From NCBI GenBank assembly GCA_964623495.1, contig CAZUTV010000001.1:116454-180453 (forward strand): a stretch of DNA of 64,000 bases, in the 5' to 3' direction. A program made the translations under genes and the position numbers. The number at the start of each line of letters is the position of its first letter. Position 1 is the stretch's first letter. The stretch comes from Candidatus Woesearchaeota archaeon. GTDB lineage: Archaea; Nanobdellota; Nanobdellia; Pacearchaeales; GW2011-AR1. The notes under the pieces are model-generated. The model did not search any database, was not told the origin of the DNA, and saw nothing but the letters and a program-made list of their open reading frames with translations. Shown piece after piece: positions 37,420 through 46,530 of this stretch.

Positions 37420-37598
37420 TTTTTATAATGAATAATCATTTTTGCAACAGCATTTACTTCAAAATCAACACTTTCCTGTGAATCCTGCAACTCAAGCAGT
37501 TTCTTTATCAGCTTTTGTATCTGCTCGTCATTCAAAGCGAAATCTATTGCTCCATCCACGTCTACTTCTGTTTCATCAAAAGCGTCTATATATTTCAT
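37416..37598 (-). CDS. Small acidic protein (60 aa) whose stop overlaps the gyrA start
   Basis: ORF with 4-nt overlap to the gyrA ATG (operon-like). Acidic, helical-looking. No motif. Confidence 0.35.
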   Translation of the reverse strand: MKYIDAFDETEVDVDGAIDFALNDEQIQKLIKKLLELQDSQESVDFEVNAVAKMIIHYKK

Positions 37599-37599
37599 T

Positions 37600-37851
37600 T
37601 TATTCTTGCTCCATCTTTTTCAGGAATTCCTCCTCTGAAAGTTCTTGCTCTTTGATATCTTTTCCTATCCACTTACATTTTTTGCATTCCCACTCCCCTT
37701 TTCCTTTTCCTTCTTCGTAGCCAAGAACAACTCCTACGTCGCTGTTTTCGCACTTAGGACATACTCTTAACTTATAGGTTTTCCCGACTTTCTTTTTCTG
37801 GGGCGCTTTCCTTCCTTTCAAAATCCAATCCGGCGTCTGTATTTTACCCAT
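37600..37851 (-). CDS. Zinc-ribbon protein (CPKC...CKKC), 83 aa, with Lys-rich N-terminus
   Basis: RVCPKCENSDVGVVLGYEEGKGKGEWECKKCKWIG. Paralogous to the adjacent 52-aa zinc ribbon. Confidence 0.45.
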   Translation of the reverse strand: MGKIQTPDWILKGRKAPQKKKVGKTYKLRVCPKCENSDVGVVLGYEEGKGKGEWECKKCKWIGKDIKEQELSEEEFLKKMEQE

Positions 37852-37862
37852 GGTGTTTTTTG

Positions 37863-38021
37863 TTATTTCTCCATTTTCTCCTCATTTACTTCGGGAAATA
37901 TATAAGACATAAACCCGCAATCGTGGCACACCCACTGCTGAGGGGCACCCATAACTAAGAGTACATTAAGCTCTTTCCCAACATTCACTGACTTGCACTT
38001 CGGACAAAATATTTTCCCCAT
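37863..38021 (-). CDS. Unannotated 52-aa zinc-ribbon protein (MGKIFCPKCKSVNVGKELNVLLVMGAPQQWVCHDCGFMSYIFPEVNEEKMEK), paralogue of 37600..37851
   Basis: Manual reverse-strand translation gives ATG..TAA, 159 nt. Same CPKC-x-S/N-VG...W-x-C-x-x-C architecture as the neighbouring gene. Coordinates are my own count and may be off by one or two nt. Confidence 0.4.
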   Translation of the reverse strand: MGKIFCPKCKSVNVGKELNVLLVMGAPQQWVCHDCGFMSYIFPEVNEEKMEK

Positions 38022-38022
38022 T

Positions 38023-38334
38023 TTATTTCAACTCGCTCTCCACCCAGTTTAGATATTCACTATATCCTTTCTCAATATTAACAGCTATGATTTCTAGAGT
38101 GTCATATCTACTATTTTTAATAAGAAATTCTTTTAAAGAATCATATTTTTTATCTATAGTTTTTATCATTAATCTAAATTCCTTTGAACTATCTAACTTA
38201 CCTTTCCAGTTATAGTAACTCTTTATCTCGCTTATTTGAACACAAGCACCCAATTTAGCAGAAACTATTTTCTCAGCTAACTCTTCTGCATCATTCTTAT
38301 TTCCGGTAGTTGTAATTACAATTATAAATTTCAT
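38023..38334 (-). CDS. cutA: Divalent-cation tolerance protein CutA
   Basis: MKFIIVITTTGNKNDAEELAEKIVSAKLGACVQISEIKSYYNWKGKLDSSKEF...YDTLEIIAV matches the CutA1 fold. Start placed at MKF (ATG 1 nt after the gyrB stop) rather than the upstream extension that would overlap gyrB. Confidence 0.7.
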   Translation of the reverse strand: MKFIIVITTTGNKNDAEELAEKIVSAKLGACVQISEIKSYYNWKGKLDSSKEFRLMIKTIDKKYDSLKEFLIKNSRYDTLEIIAVNIEKGYSEYLNWVESELK

Positions 38335-38335
38335 T

Positions 38336-40240
38336 TTATATATCCAAATTTGCTTCTTTTGCATTTTCATGTATGAAGTCTTTTCTTGCCTGAACATCAT
38401 CTCCCATTAACATTGAAAAAACCCTGTCTGCCTCAATTGCATCTTCAATGAATATTTTCTTGATTTTTCTTGACTTTGGATTCATGGTTGTCTCCCACAA
38501 TTGATCAACCCCCATCTCCCCCAATCCTTTAAACCGGGTAACGTTTGCATTGCTTCCAACTTTATCCATTATTTTTTTCAGCTCTTCATCAGAATAAACA
38601 TAAAAATCCTGGCCTTTTCTAACCCTAAATAAAGGGGGCATGGCTGCATAAATCCTTCCATTTTCAATTAGCTGAGGCATAAACCTAAAAAAGAAAGTCA
38701 ACAACAGGGTCTTGATATGTTCTCCATCAACATCGGCATCTGTCATAATTACAACCTTTCCGTACCTTAACTTTGAGAGATCAAATTGCTCCCCAACACC
38801 GGTTCCAACAGCAGTAATCATATTCGTTATCTCTTCGCTGGAGAAAACCTTTGAAGGATTCGCCTTTTCAACATTCAAAATCTTTCCTTTTAATGGAAGA
38901 ACTGCTTGGACTTCTTTGTTTCTTGATTGCTTTGCGCTTCCTCCAGCACTATCCCCTTCAACAATGTATAACTCAGTATCATCTGTTTTATTGCTTGAGC
39001 AGTCAGCGAGCTTTCCCGGCAACCCTCCAAGCGAAAAAGCGCTCTTTCTTCTAACAAGCTCTTTTGCTTTTTTAGCTGCAAGCCTTGCTTTAGCAGCTTC
39101 CATCACTTTAGCAGCAATCCTTTTTGCAATCGGCGGGTTTTCCTCAAAAAATTCAGATAAAGCGCTGGTAACAATGCTCTCCACCTGGCCTTTAACCTCA
39201 GAATTTCCGAGCTTGGTCTTAGTCTGCCCTTCAAACTGAGGATCAGGAATTTTAATGCTTATAATTGCAGTAATGCCCTCCCGAGTATCATCTCCAGAAA
39301 GATCAATCTCTTTTCCGTTTCCGGTTTTCTTAATATAATCATTAACAACTCTTGTCAAAGCGCTCTTAAACCCAGAAACATGGGTTCCGCCCTCAACAGT
39401 ATTTATAGTGTTAACAAATCCAAAGATATTTTCCTGATATCCAGAATTATATTGAATGGCAACATCAATTACAACCCCGCTAATCTCTCTTTTAAAATAA
39501 ATAGGTTTGTGCAAGACTTCCTTACTTTTATTCATCCACTTAACAAACTCTATTAATCCTCCTTCAGCCAAAAACTCTTCTTTCTTGTTTTTTCCTTCAT
39601 CAACAAGGATTATTTTCAGGCCAGCATTAAGAAAAGTTATCTCTCTAAACCTGGTTTCAAGAACTTTGTAGTCAAAATCAGTAACTGAAAAAATCTCTGG
39701 ATCAGGCCAGAAAGTCACAGTAGTTCCGCTATCCTCTTCTTTGCATTTCCCAACAACCTCTAGTTTTGTTTTTTTGTCGCCCCTAGAATACTCTTGCCTG
39801 TAAACCTTTCCCTCTTTCCTTACTTCAATTATAAGTTTTTTTGAAAGCGCATTAACAACACTAACTCCCACACCATGTAAACCTCCAGAAATTTGATAAG
39901 ATTTCCTGTCAAATTTCCCTCCAGCATGCAATTTAGTTAAAGCCAGTTCAAGTGCAGGAACCTTATAAGTGGGATGTATATCTACCGGAATGCCTCTTCC
40001 ATCATCAACTACTGTAACAGATCCATCCTTATTGATAGTTACATAAATTACCTTACAATAACCTGCCAAAGCCTCATCAACACTATTGTCCACTACTTCA
40101 TACACAAGATGGTGTAGCCCATCTTTACCAGTACCCCCGATATACATTGCAGGCCTCATTCTAACCCCTTCAAGGCCTTCCAGTACCTTTATTGATTCTG
40201 CTCCGTATTTTGATTTTTCTGCAGCCATTTTGCAACTCAT
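38336..40240 (-). CDS. gyrB: DNA gyrase subunit B
   Basis: GHKL ATPase motifs LHHLVYEVVDNSVDEALAG and GLHGVGVSVVNALS, Toprim EGDSAGGSAKQ, C-terminal tail. Confidence 0.95.
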   Translation of the reverse strand: MSCKMAAEKSKYGAESIKVLEGLEGVRMRPAMYIGGTGKDGLHHLVYEVVDNSVDEALAGYCKVIYVTINKDGSVTVVDDGRGIPVDIHPTYKVPALELALTKLHAGGKFDRKSYQISGGLHGVGVSVVNALSKKLIIEVRKEGKVYRQEYSRGDKKTKLEVVGKCKEEDSGTTVTFWPDPEIFSVTDFDYKVLETRFREITFLNAGLKIILVDEGKNKKEEFLAEGGLIEFVKWMNKSKEVLHKPIYFKREISGVVIDVAIQYNSGYQENIFGFVNTINTVEGGTHVSGFKSALTRVVNDYIKKTGNGKEIDLSGDDTREGITAIISIKIPDPQFEGQTKTKLGNSEVKGQVESIVTSALSEFFEENPPIAKRIAAKVMEAAKARLAAKKAKELVRRKSAFSLGGLPGKLADCSSNKTDDTELYIVEGDSAGGSAKQSRNKEVQAVLPLKGKILNVEKANPSKVFSSEEITNMITAVGTGVGEQFDLSKLRYGKVVIMTDADVDGEHIKTLLLTFFFRFMPQLIENGRIYAAMPPLFRVRKGQDFYVYSDEELKKIMDKVGSNANVTRFKGLGEMGVDQLWETTMNPKSRKIKKIFIEDAIEADRVFSMLMGDDVQARKDFIHENAKEANLDI

Positions 40241-40345
40241 TTAGCTCCGACTAAGGGTAATTCAACAAAAATTTACCCTAAAAATCGTAAATTTATACTT
40301 ATTTTAAGGTATAATCCTTTATAAACCTTACCCCTTTAAAAAGGT

Positions 40346-40364
40346 GTTTTATCGACGATAAAAC
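40346..40364. promoter_or_regulatory. Perfect 9-1-9 palindrome GTTTTATCG-A-CGATAAAAC in the divergent gyrB/40506 intergenic region (candidate operator)
   Basis: Exact inverted repeat read directly from sequence. A second imperfect IR AGGGTAA-N13-TTACCCT lies at 40254..40279. Confidence 0.3.
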
Positions 40365-40505
40365 AAAGGAAAATAAAGGCAAAAAAACTAGAATAAAAAT
40401 ATTTATAAAACCTCATTTTAACTCTAAAGTATGGACAAAAATTTGGATATTTTACAGATAACCTAGTATCCAAATTTAAATAAATGTTAAGATATAAAAG
40501 CTAAG

Positions 40506-40826
40506 ATGGTAAAAAAAGGAAGCATAATTTTAATGCTAATAGTCTTAGGAATAATCCTACTAATCTTATCTTTAAACATGCCTAATTTATCATTAACCTC
40601 CCTCTCAATCTCCTCTACAGAGGCAAATATTCTACAAGAATCAGTCAATCTTCATGCCTGGACAAAGGCAATTTGCAACAAAGACAATTTCTGCCAGGAT
40701 TATTTAATAGAGTGCAATGATCAGGAAACGCTAAAAATAACTCCCATAGCAGGCTCTATGGCGCAATTCGATGCCTCATGGCAAGACCCCAGAACATTAG
40801 AGCAAAGAGAAAGATTGTGCGGATGA
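40506..40826 (+). CDS. Small membrane-anchored protein (hypothetical)
   Basis: N-terminal TM helix, Cys-containing soluble part. Confidence 0.3.
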   Translation: MVKKGSIILMLIVLGIILLILSLNMPNLSLTSLSISSTEANILQESVNLHAWTKAICNKDNFCQDYLIECNDQETLKITPIAGSMAQFDASWQDPRTLEQRERLCG

Positions 40827-41003
40827 TTACTTACTAGAAGTCGCTTTCTTTCCTTTAATAACCCATCTAACTTTTCTCTTTCTTGAAAGCATTGTCTTCC
40901 TGCATTTTGAAGAGCATAAATAGTTAATGCTTCCGTCATTCTTGACCAGAGTGACTCCTTTAGGAAATTCATACATTTTCCCGCAAAAAACACATTTAGG
41001 CAT
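40827..41003 (-). CDS. rpl24e: 50S ribosomal protein eL24 (L24e)
   Basis: MPKCVFCGKMYEFPKGVTLVKNDGSINYLCSSKCRK is the L24e zinc-binding TRASH-like motif. Start at MPKC inside the longer ORF. Confidence 0.8.
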   Translation of the reverse strand: MPKCVFCGKMYEFPKGVTLVKNDGSINYLCSSKCRKTMLSRKRKVRWVIKGKKATSSK

Positions 41004-41004
41004 T

Positions 41005-41214
41005 TTAAGATCTCCTCTTAACTTCCAGATAATATATCCCAGGATATTGCTTACTTGTGAGTACGTCCCTAACAAAATAACCTGGAGGAACCCTTGTCCT
41101 TATCCCTGCAATAAACTCCTCAGGATTATTTCTTCCATTAGTATCAATCTCTATAGTTGCTGAACTAATGCTCCCATCAAATCCTTGAAAAAAATCTCCA
41201 AGATCGGTAGCCAT
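41005..41214 (-). CDS. Hypothetical 69-aa protein between S28e and L24e genes
   Basis: Tightly packed in the L7Ae-S28e-L24e ribosomal cluster (1-nt spacers). No family recognised by eye. Confidence 0.35.
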   Translation of the reverse strand: MATDLGDFFQGFDGSISSATIEIDTNGRNNPEEFIAGIRTRVPPGYFVRDVLTSKQYPGIYYLEVKRRS

Positions 41215-41215
41215 T

Positions 41216-41515
41216 TTATGTGTACGCCCCCTTACTTACTTGGCTTTTAATTCTTCTTGCCTCAATTTCTGTTTCTCTAAGCATCAAAACGTCTCCAATT
41301 CTTACAGGCCCCTTAACATTTCTCCTTATAGATCTTCCCTCATCTTTTCCGGCCTGCACAAGGCATCTTACTTGAGTTATTTCTCCCCTAAATCCTGTTC
41401 TCCCAACAAGCTCTTCAACAACAGCTGGAACAACCTCTCCTAAAATCTTATCACTTCCTCTAGAACCTCCAGATTGTTTTTGTTGCTGGGGTTTTTGTTG
41501 TTGTGTCTTAGCCAT
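41216..41515 (-). CDS. rps28e: 30S ribosomal protein eS28 (S28e) with Gln/Lys-rich N-terminal extension
   Basis: [64 protein letters not shown] matches the S28e core. Unusual N-terminus [20 protein letters not shown]. Confidence 0.8.
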   Translation of the reverse strand: MAKTQQQKPQQQKQSGGSRGSDKILGEVVPAVVEELVGRTGFRGEITQVRCLVQAGKDEGRSIRRNVKGPVRIGDVLMLRETEIEARRIKSQVSKGAYT

Positions 41516-41523
41516 TTTAAGAA

Positions 41524-41826
41524 TTATTTCAAGCTAGCAATATCTTTGTCTGCATCTCCCGGACTAATTACAGCAATTGAAGAAGCTGCAACTTGCAATC
41601 CTGCAGCAATTCCTAGCTTATTTTTATTATCAACTTCCTTGCAAGGTATTTTCTTCTCCTTGCACAAAACAGGCAGATGCTGGACAACTTCTTTTGGTTC
41701 AACATCAGAAGCGTAGACAACTAATTTTGCAGTGCCTCTTTCTATAGCTTTAGTAACTTCGTTGGTTCCTTTCTCTATCTTTCCTGTTTTTCTTGCTTTC
41801 TCTATTATAGAATATATGTCTGCCAT
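41524..41826 (-). CDS. rpl7ae: 50S ribosomal protein L7Ae (eL8; K-turn binder)
   Basis: [29 protein letters not shown]...[33 protein letters not shown]. Confidence 0.9.
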   Translation of the reverse strand: MADIYSIIEKARKTGKIEKGTNEVTKAIERGTAKLVVYASDVEPKEVVQHLPVLCKEKKIPCKEVDNKNKLGIAAGLQVAASSIAVISPGDADKDIASLK

Positions 41827-42017
41827 GTTAAAACCTAATCTGTTTTTGGAACCTTTTTTAAAAGATTCGTTGTCTAGAACGAAATTTAATCTTCATCTGA
41901 ACATTTTCGCTCATCAGACAAATTAAGATGAAAAAGTTAATTTATAAAGCTTTCTACAAAATTTATCTCCATCTAACATCAACTTAATCTGTGCGTTCTC
42001 CCGGAGACCTTCTAGGT

Positions 42018-43088
42018 CTACGCAGAACTGACTTTCCATGTCACGTTAACTTGGTCGGTTCTCTCTCTTGGTTTTATATCCAAACTCTGAATTTCTTTTC
42101 CCTTGAATTTTATCCCAGCCCTGAACATGATCTCTCCAAGATAAGCAATCATGGCTCCATTGTCAACAAGTAAAGGCTTCTCAGGAACAAACATCTTTGC
42201 CTCTCTTTCTGCACACATAATTTTGCTCATCTCCTGAAGTCTTGCATTGCATGCAACCCCTCCCCCAAGAACAAGCTCTTTCTTCCCAACATGAGCTAAA
42301 GCTCTTTCAGAAACCTCCACCAGCATTGGAAAAACAGTTTCCTGCATGCTAAAAGCAAGATCTTTCCTATTATAATTAAGTAAAAGTTTATTCTTATCTG
42401 AATTAACAACACTTTTAAGAAACCTTAGTTCATCTTTAGGCATCTGCTCAATTTTTTCAATCTTCTGTTTCAAATTAGTTAATATCCCACTAAGCGCAAT
42501 ATCCATTCCCTTTACAGTGTAAGGCAATTCAATATAATTTTTTCCTTGCAAAGCTAGCTGTTCTACCTTAGGTCCTCCTGGAAAACCCAAACCCAGATAC
42601 CTAGCAAAAGTGTCAATAAAATTTCCAACACCAAGATCCAGGGTCTCTCCAAAAATCCTATACCTGCCACTTACATAAGCAATTATCTGTGTATTGGCCC
42701 CAGACGCATACAAAAGCACAGGATCTCTTGCCCCTGTGATTCTTCCTATCTCTAAATGTGCTATGCAATGATTCACAGGTACAACCGGGACACTCAATTT
42801 CTTGCTCCACTCTTTCATTTTTCTTAATCCAACCAACAAACACGGACTTAACCCTGGCCCTTGTGAAAAAGCAATTCCTTGAATTTCCTTTTCATTAATC
42901 CCTGCTTCAGCTAGGGCTTTAAAATAAATCTCCTCGGCAACTCCCTCATGATGCTTTGCTGACTCTGTAGGAATTATCCCTCCACTTTCAGTAGAATACA
43001 TATCTCTAACATTACTAAGTATCTTGCCATTCTTAACCACCCCGATTCCAAAAGTATGTGCTGTGGATTCAATCCCTAAAACTATCAT
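42018..43088 (-). CDS. kae1: Kae1 (KEOPS tRNA t6A37 threonylcarbamoyltransferase, Kae1/TsaD family)
   Basis: MIVLGIESTAHTFGIGVV N-terminus, HCIAHLEIGR metal-binding His pair, GGGVACNARLQEM C-terminal motif. Confidence 0.85.
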   Translation of the reverse strand: MIVLGIESTAHTFGIGVVKNGKILSNVRDMYSTESGGIIPTESAKHHEGVAEEIYFKALAEAGINEKEIQGIAFSQGPGLSPCLLVGLRKMKEWSKKLSVPVVPVNHCIAHLEIGRITGARDPVLLYASGANTQIIAYVSGRYRIFGETLDLGVGNFIDTFARYLGLGFPGGPKVEQLALQGKNYIELPYTVKGMDIALSGILTNLKQKIEKIEQMPKDELRFLKSVVNSDKNKLLLNYNRKDLAFSMQETVFPMLVEVSERALAHVGKKELVLGGGVACNARLQEMSKIMCAEREAKMFVPEKPLLVDNGAMIAYLGEIMFRAGIKFKGKEIQSLDIKPRERTDQVNVTWKVSSA

Positions 43089-43804
43089 CTCAATCTCTCA
43101 TATTCCTCTTTAGTTCCAATATCAAACCACCACCCATCAAACTTGTAAGCATAAACGCTCTTCTTATCAACTAAATAATTCACTAAATGCCCCGGCCCTT
43201 CTTTTAATCCCCTATTCAGACATTCGTCGATGTGCTTTAAATCATCTGCTTTAAAGATATAAATTCCGGTTGAAGCCAGATTTGATCTTGGAATCTCCGG
43301 CTTTTCCTCAAAATTAAGTATTTTGTTATTATCATCTACAGAAACAACCCCAAAATTCCGTATTCTGTCTTTATCCAGCTGAATGACTCCCAAGCAAGTG
43401 TCCGCAATTTGCTTGTAAAAATGAACAAGATTCCTCAAATCAAAATTAAAATAATTATCTCCTAAAAGGACTAAAACATCCTCCTCAATCTTCCGAGCTT
43501 CCAGTGCAAATTTTAAGTCTCCTAATCCTCCCAACCTACTCTCGTTATTATTTGTTCCGTCATTTAATATTTCTATTTTGTCCTTTATCCTTAAATCTAA
43601 ATTTTGAAGCCACCAAACAAATGGATAGTAAAATTTGTCATTAGTAACTATAATTATCTCATCAATATCTTCAAGATCTCTTAACTTCTTTATGATATTA
43701 TTAAGCAGGGGTTCTCCTCTAATCGGAAGCAGAGACTTCGGTTTGGCCAGAGTCAGAGGATAAAGCCGGGTAGCGTAGCCTGCACAGAGAATAATGCATT
43801 TCAT
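43085..43804 (-). CDS. Sugar-phosphate nucleotidyltransferase (NTP-transferase fold, RfbA/GlmU N-domain-like)
   Basis: MKCIILCAGYATRLYPLTLAKPKSLLPIRGEPLL signature (GxG..R..P.T...PK). Start overlaps the kae1 stop. Confidence 0.7.
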   Translation of the reverse strand: MKCIILCAGYATRLYPLTLAKPKSLLPIRGEPLLNNIIKKLRDLEDIDEIIIVTNDKFYYPFVWWLQNLDLRIKDKIEILNDGTNNNESRLGGLGDLKFALEARKIEEDVLVLLGDNYFNFDLRNLVHFYKQIADTCLGVIQLDKDRIRNFGVVSVDDNNKILNFEEKPEIPRSNLASTGIYIFKADDLKHIDECLNRGLKEGPGHLVNYLVDKKSVYAYKFDGWWFDIGTKEEYERLR

Positions 43805-43834
43805 GTCTAATAAACAAGCAAGAAGTATATAAAA

Positions 43835-44119
43835 CTAACCAACATACTCCCTAGCAAGGGTGTACTTTACCCCTCCAAGCTCGAATATCGCTACAGTTGC
43901 ATTTCTTATATCCCTAGGCCTAAATAAAGAATGGGCATACCAAGGCTCATTAACAAAAAGCCTTGCTTTTCTTGGGAGTCGGAATTTTATCTGTTTGCTT
44001 TCTTCTTCAGTGGCATATCTGGCGCTTATTAATATTCCTCCTTCATTGGTTGATGCCTGGATAGCCAAAGGAGACTGAACAATTATTTTTCCTTCAATTA
44101 CTACAGTATTTAAACTCAT
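43835..44119 (-). CDS. Hypothetical protein
   Basis: 94-aa ORF. No motif recognised. Confidence 0.3.
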   Translation of the reverse strand: MSLNTVVIEGKIIVQSPLAIQASTNEGGILISARYATEEESKQIKFRLPRKARLFVNEPWYAHSLFRPRDIRNATVAIFELGGVKYTLAREYVG

Positions 44120-44219
44120 AAGAAACTTAAAAAAAGTTTACTTATAAACATTTATATAATAAAATGTAAAATCAGAATAATTAACTAAAAATAGATAAAA
44201 AAATAAAAAATATTAAGGC

Positions 44220-44348
44220 TTATCTTTTCTTTTTCTTCTTCTTTCCGCCTCTAGCCATCTTTGCTTCGCATACATTTCCCTTAGCATCTACATAGTAAAG
44301 ATAACCTTTCTTCCTCTTAACAACATTTTTTGCGATAACGCTTCCCAT
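44220..44348 (-). CDS. Unannotated small basic protein (42 aa: MGSVIAKNVVKRKKGYLYYVDAKGNVCEAKMARGGKKKKKKR)
   Basis: Manual reverse translation. ATG..TAA, 129 nt, in an otherwise empty 290-nt gap. Basic tail suggests nucleic-acid binding. Below the ORF-track cut-off. Confidence 0.3.
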   Translation of the reverse strand: MGSVIAKNVVKRKKGYLYYVDAKGNVCEAKMARGGKKKKKKR

Positions 44349-44411
44349 ATCACACCTCCTTTTTAAAAATTATATACTATAAAACCAAAAAGTCTTTTTA
44401 AATCTTTCTAG

Positions 44412-44777
44412 TCACCGTCGAGGTCGACACAAAAGCCCAATTTCTTTCTTATATTTATTGTTGATGGGGATCTCAACAAGTTTTTGAAATGGTTTTTTTG
44501 GAAAAATGGCAAACCTAAACGGCTTAATTGCCTGGACATCTAAGACTTTGCTTTTAGCGTCGAGCCAGATAGCCACAAAAGGGAAAAAAACAAACAAAGA
44601 AGTTATTGCTTCCCGAGTCTCTCGCTTAAAATCAAACAACAAAGCACTTGTATTTCTAGATTTAAACATCAAACCTATGGCAAAATTCGTGCAAGGCTTC
44701 AAATTCATCGTAATTTTTCTCCCTTTATAAACAAAAGAAATCCTCTTTTTCTCCATCTGTAAAAAAAGACAAATCAC
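44412..44777 (-). CDS. DUF192-like small protein (tentative)
   Basis: Size and pattern (ISFVYKGRKI...IWLD...V.D) resemble the DUF192/COG1430 family. By eye only. Confidence 0.4.
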   Translation of the reverse strand: MICLFLQMEKKRISFVYKGRKITMNLKPCTNFAIGLMFKSRNTSALLFDFKRETREAITSLFVFFPFVAIWLDAKSKVLDVQAIKPFRFAIFPKKPFQKLVEIPINNKYKKEIGLLCRPRR

Positions 44778-44785
44778 TATATAAA

Positions 44786-45514
44786 TTATTTGTGAACTCC
44801 TATTAATCCAGAAAACATTATTGCAGCACTATGATCAAAAAATGGATAAACCCTAATGTCTTTTTCATCAGCAGGCATACCTTTTAAAGTTCTCTCTAGC
44901 TCCCTTCCATGTGGGTGATATCTTATCATCAAATCACTCGTTCCGAATCTTCCTACAACCCTCTCAGCACTAACACCTTTAAGGTTTTCCACAGGAGCAA
45001 ACTCGCTAAGAACTTGCTCATATTCATAAACATCTAACCCAGAAGCCTGTGCAATATGTGAGGTTGCAATGCTATCCCAAGCAGAAAAGCCTAATCTCGA
45101 GCCTCCGACAATAGAAACCAGATCTTTAACTTTTTTTCCGGGAAGAATACTTGCACACCTAACAGACAATACATTCCCTATACTAACCCCCAAAACACTT
45201 ATCTGTCTGTATTGATCTAAATCTTGATTAATCATAGTAGCAGCATCTTCATAGATTTCTCTTAGATTATCTCTAGTTTGCTCAGCATTAGGAACAACTA
45301 GGTTAACATAAGAAACTCTGTAAGAAACAACTTTCCCACCACTAGGCAATATTCCATTTCTAACTCTTTCATTATCTAAAACCATCCTAGGAACAAAACA
45401 ATACCAAACATGGCTAGGATCTCCAAGATATTCTATTTGAGGTTTCCAATCAACTTCTTCATGAGTTACTCCTTTCTTTTTGCTAACATACAATCTATCT
45501 AAAATTCCAAACAT
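44786..45514 (-). CDS. Alpha/beta-hydrolase-fold protein (GxSxG: GVSIG)
   Basis: ISVLGVSIGNVLS nucleophile-elbow motif, downstream Asp/His candidates. Confidence 0.45.
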   Translation of the reverse strand: MFGILDRLYVSKKKGVTHEEVDWKPQIEYLGDPSHVWYCFVPRMVLDNERVRNGILPSGGKVVSYRVSYVNLVVPNAEQTRDNLREIYEDAATMINQDLDQYRQISVLGVSIGNVLSVRCASILPGKKVKDLVSIVGGSRLGFSAWDSIATSHIAQASGLDVYEYEQVLSEFAPVENLKGVSAERVVGRFGTSDLMIRYHPHGRELERTLKGMPADEKDIRVYPFFDHSAAIMFSGLIGVHK

Positions 45515-45554
45515 AAATCCAGGAAAAAAACATGATTTAAAAGGTTAATTATGT

Positions 45555-45959
45555 TTAAAACCAACTCTTTTTTCTTTCATTTTCGTCTTTTCCATACTTC
45601 AGTTTTCTATACTCCTTGTAATGCATATTAATGTTCTTCTCGCAGACAAAATCATGGTGCTTGAATCCTCCCCCAAAACTTTTCGGGATGTGCATCAATT
45701 CATGAATAATAACTTTGATTTTTTCCTCATCGCTGAGCTTGTCAAATCTTTCATGAATAAATTCAAGAGCATAATAGGCAGGAACTCCTATTGCTCTCTG
45801 CATAAGCTTTCCAAGAGCGTGGCATCTTGCAATTGTTCCTCGAGAGCTAGAACCATAGCTTCTAAAGCATTTCATTCTCTCAATCTTTACATGGGGATAA
45901 AGCATTCTTGAGATTTCGTCTGCAATTACCTGTATGTCTGGTGCTGGCTCGTATCTCAT
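45555..45959 (-). CDS. Small HExxH metallopeptidase-like protein (SprT/DUF45-like), tentative
   Basis: IIHELMHIP motif in a 134-aa protein. Start overlaps the stop of the ASCH gene. Confidence 0.45.
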   Translation of the reverse strand: MRYEPAPDIQVIADEISRMLYPHVKIERMKCFRSYGSSSRGTIARCHALGKLMQRAIGVPAYYALEFIHERFDKLSDEEKIKVIIHELMHIPKSFGGGFKHHDFVCEKNINMHYKEYRKLKYGKDENERKKSWF

Positions 45960-46327
45960 TTTATCTCTCCCTTAAATTCCCAGAAATTTAATTTTCCCTT
46001 AGCAGGAATCAAGTCAAGTCTTTTAACATTGCTAAGGACAAAACCATAACTTCCAAAGTCAGAATTAGCCAAATGCAGATTTTGATCTTTAAAAAAGTCT
46101 AGATCATTAACATATTTCTTAACATCTACTAGATTTGCTTTTCCAACTATAGACCCTAGAGGTAAATCATTAAAGCCAAATTTTCTCATAGCAGTTTTAT
46201 CAGGAATTAATGAAGAATGGATCAAAAACTCCCCCCTAAAATTAGTGTTCCACTTTCTAAGCTCAATTTTCTTCCTTCCTTGCAGTATCAACTCAGCGTA
46301 TGGCTGTTTCAACGATAGCGCTTTCAT
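45956..46327 (-). CDS. ASCH-domain (PUA-like) protein
   Basis: MKALSLKQPYAELILQGRKKIELRKW is the canonical ASCH N-terminal beta-hairpin motif. Confidence 0.6.
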   Translation of the reverse strand: MKALSLKQPYAELILQGRKKIELRKWNTNFRGEFLIHSSLIPDKTAMRKFGFNDLPLGSIVGKANLVDVKKYVNDLDFFKDQNLHLANSDFGSYGFVLSNVKRLDLIPAKGKLNFWEFKGEIK

Positions 46328-46530
46328 AATACCTCCACAAGTTTATTCTTGGATGTAAATCCGGATTTTATCCTAACTTCTCTTTTAAAATATCTTTGTA
46401 GCAACTTACAAAGCTCGACATTTGCTTTATTGTCTTGTGCTTTAGATTTAACTTTAATCAAATAGCAACCGTTTTTATCTTCAATTCCTTGTTCCTTAGA
46501 ATTAGGTTTTACTTTAACTTTTAAGATCAT
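46324..46530 (-). CDS. DUF167 (YggU/UPF0235) family protein
   Basis: LKVKVKPNSKEQGI...LIKVKSKAQDNKANVELCKLLQRYFKREVRIKSGFTSKNKLVEV matches the DUF167 pattern. Confidence 0.6.
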   Translation of the reverse strand: MILKVKVKPNSKEQGIEDKNGCYLIKVKSKAQDNKANVELCKLLQRYFKREVRIKSGFTSKNKLVEVL

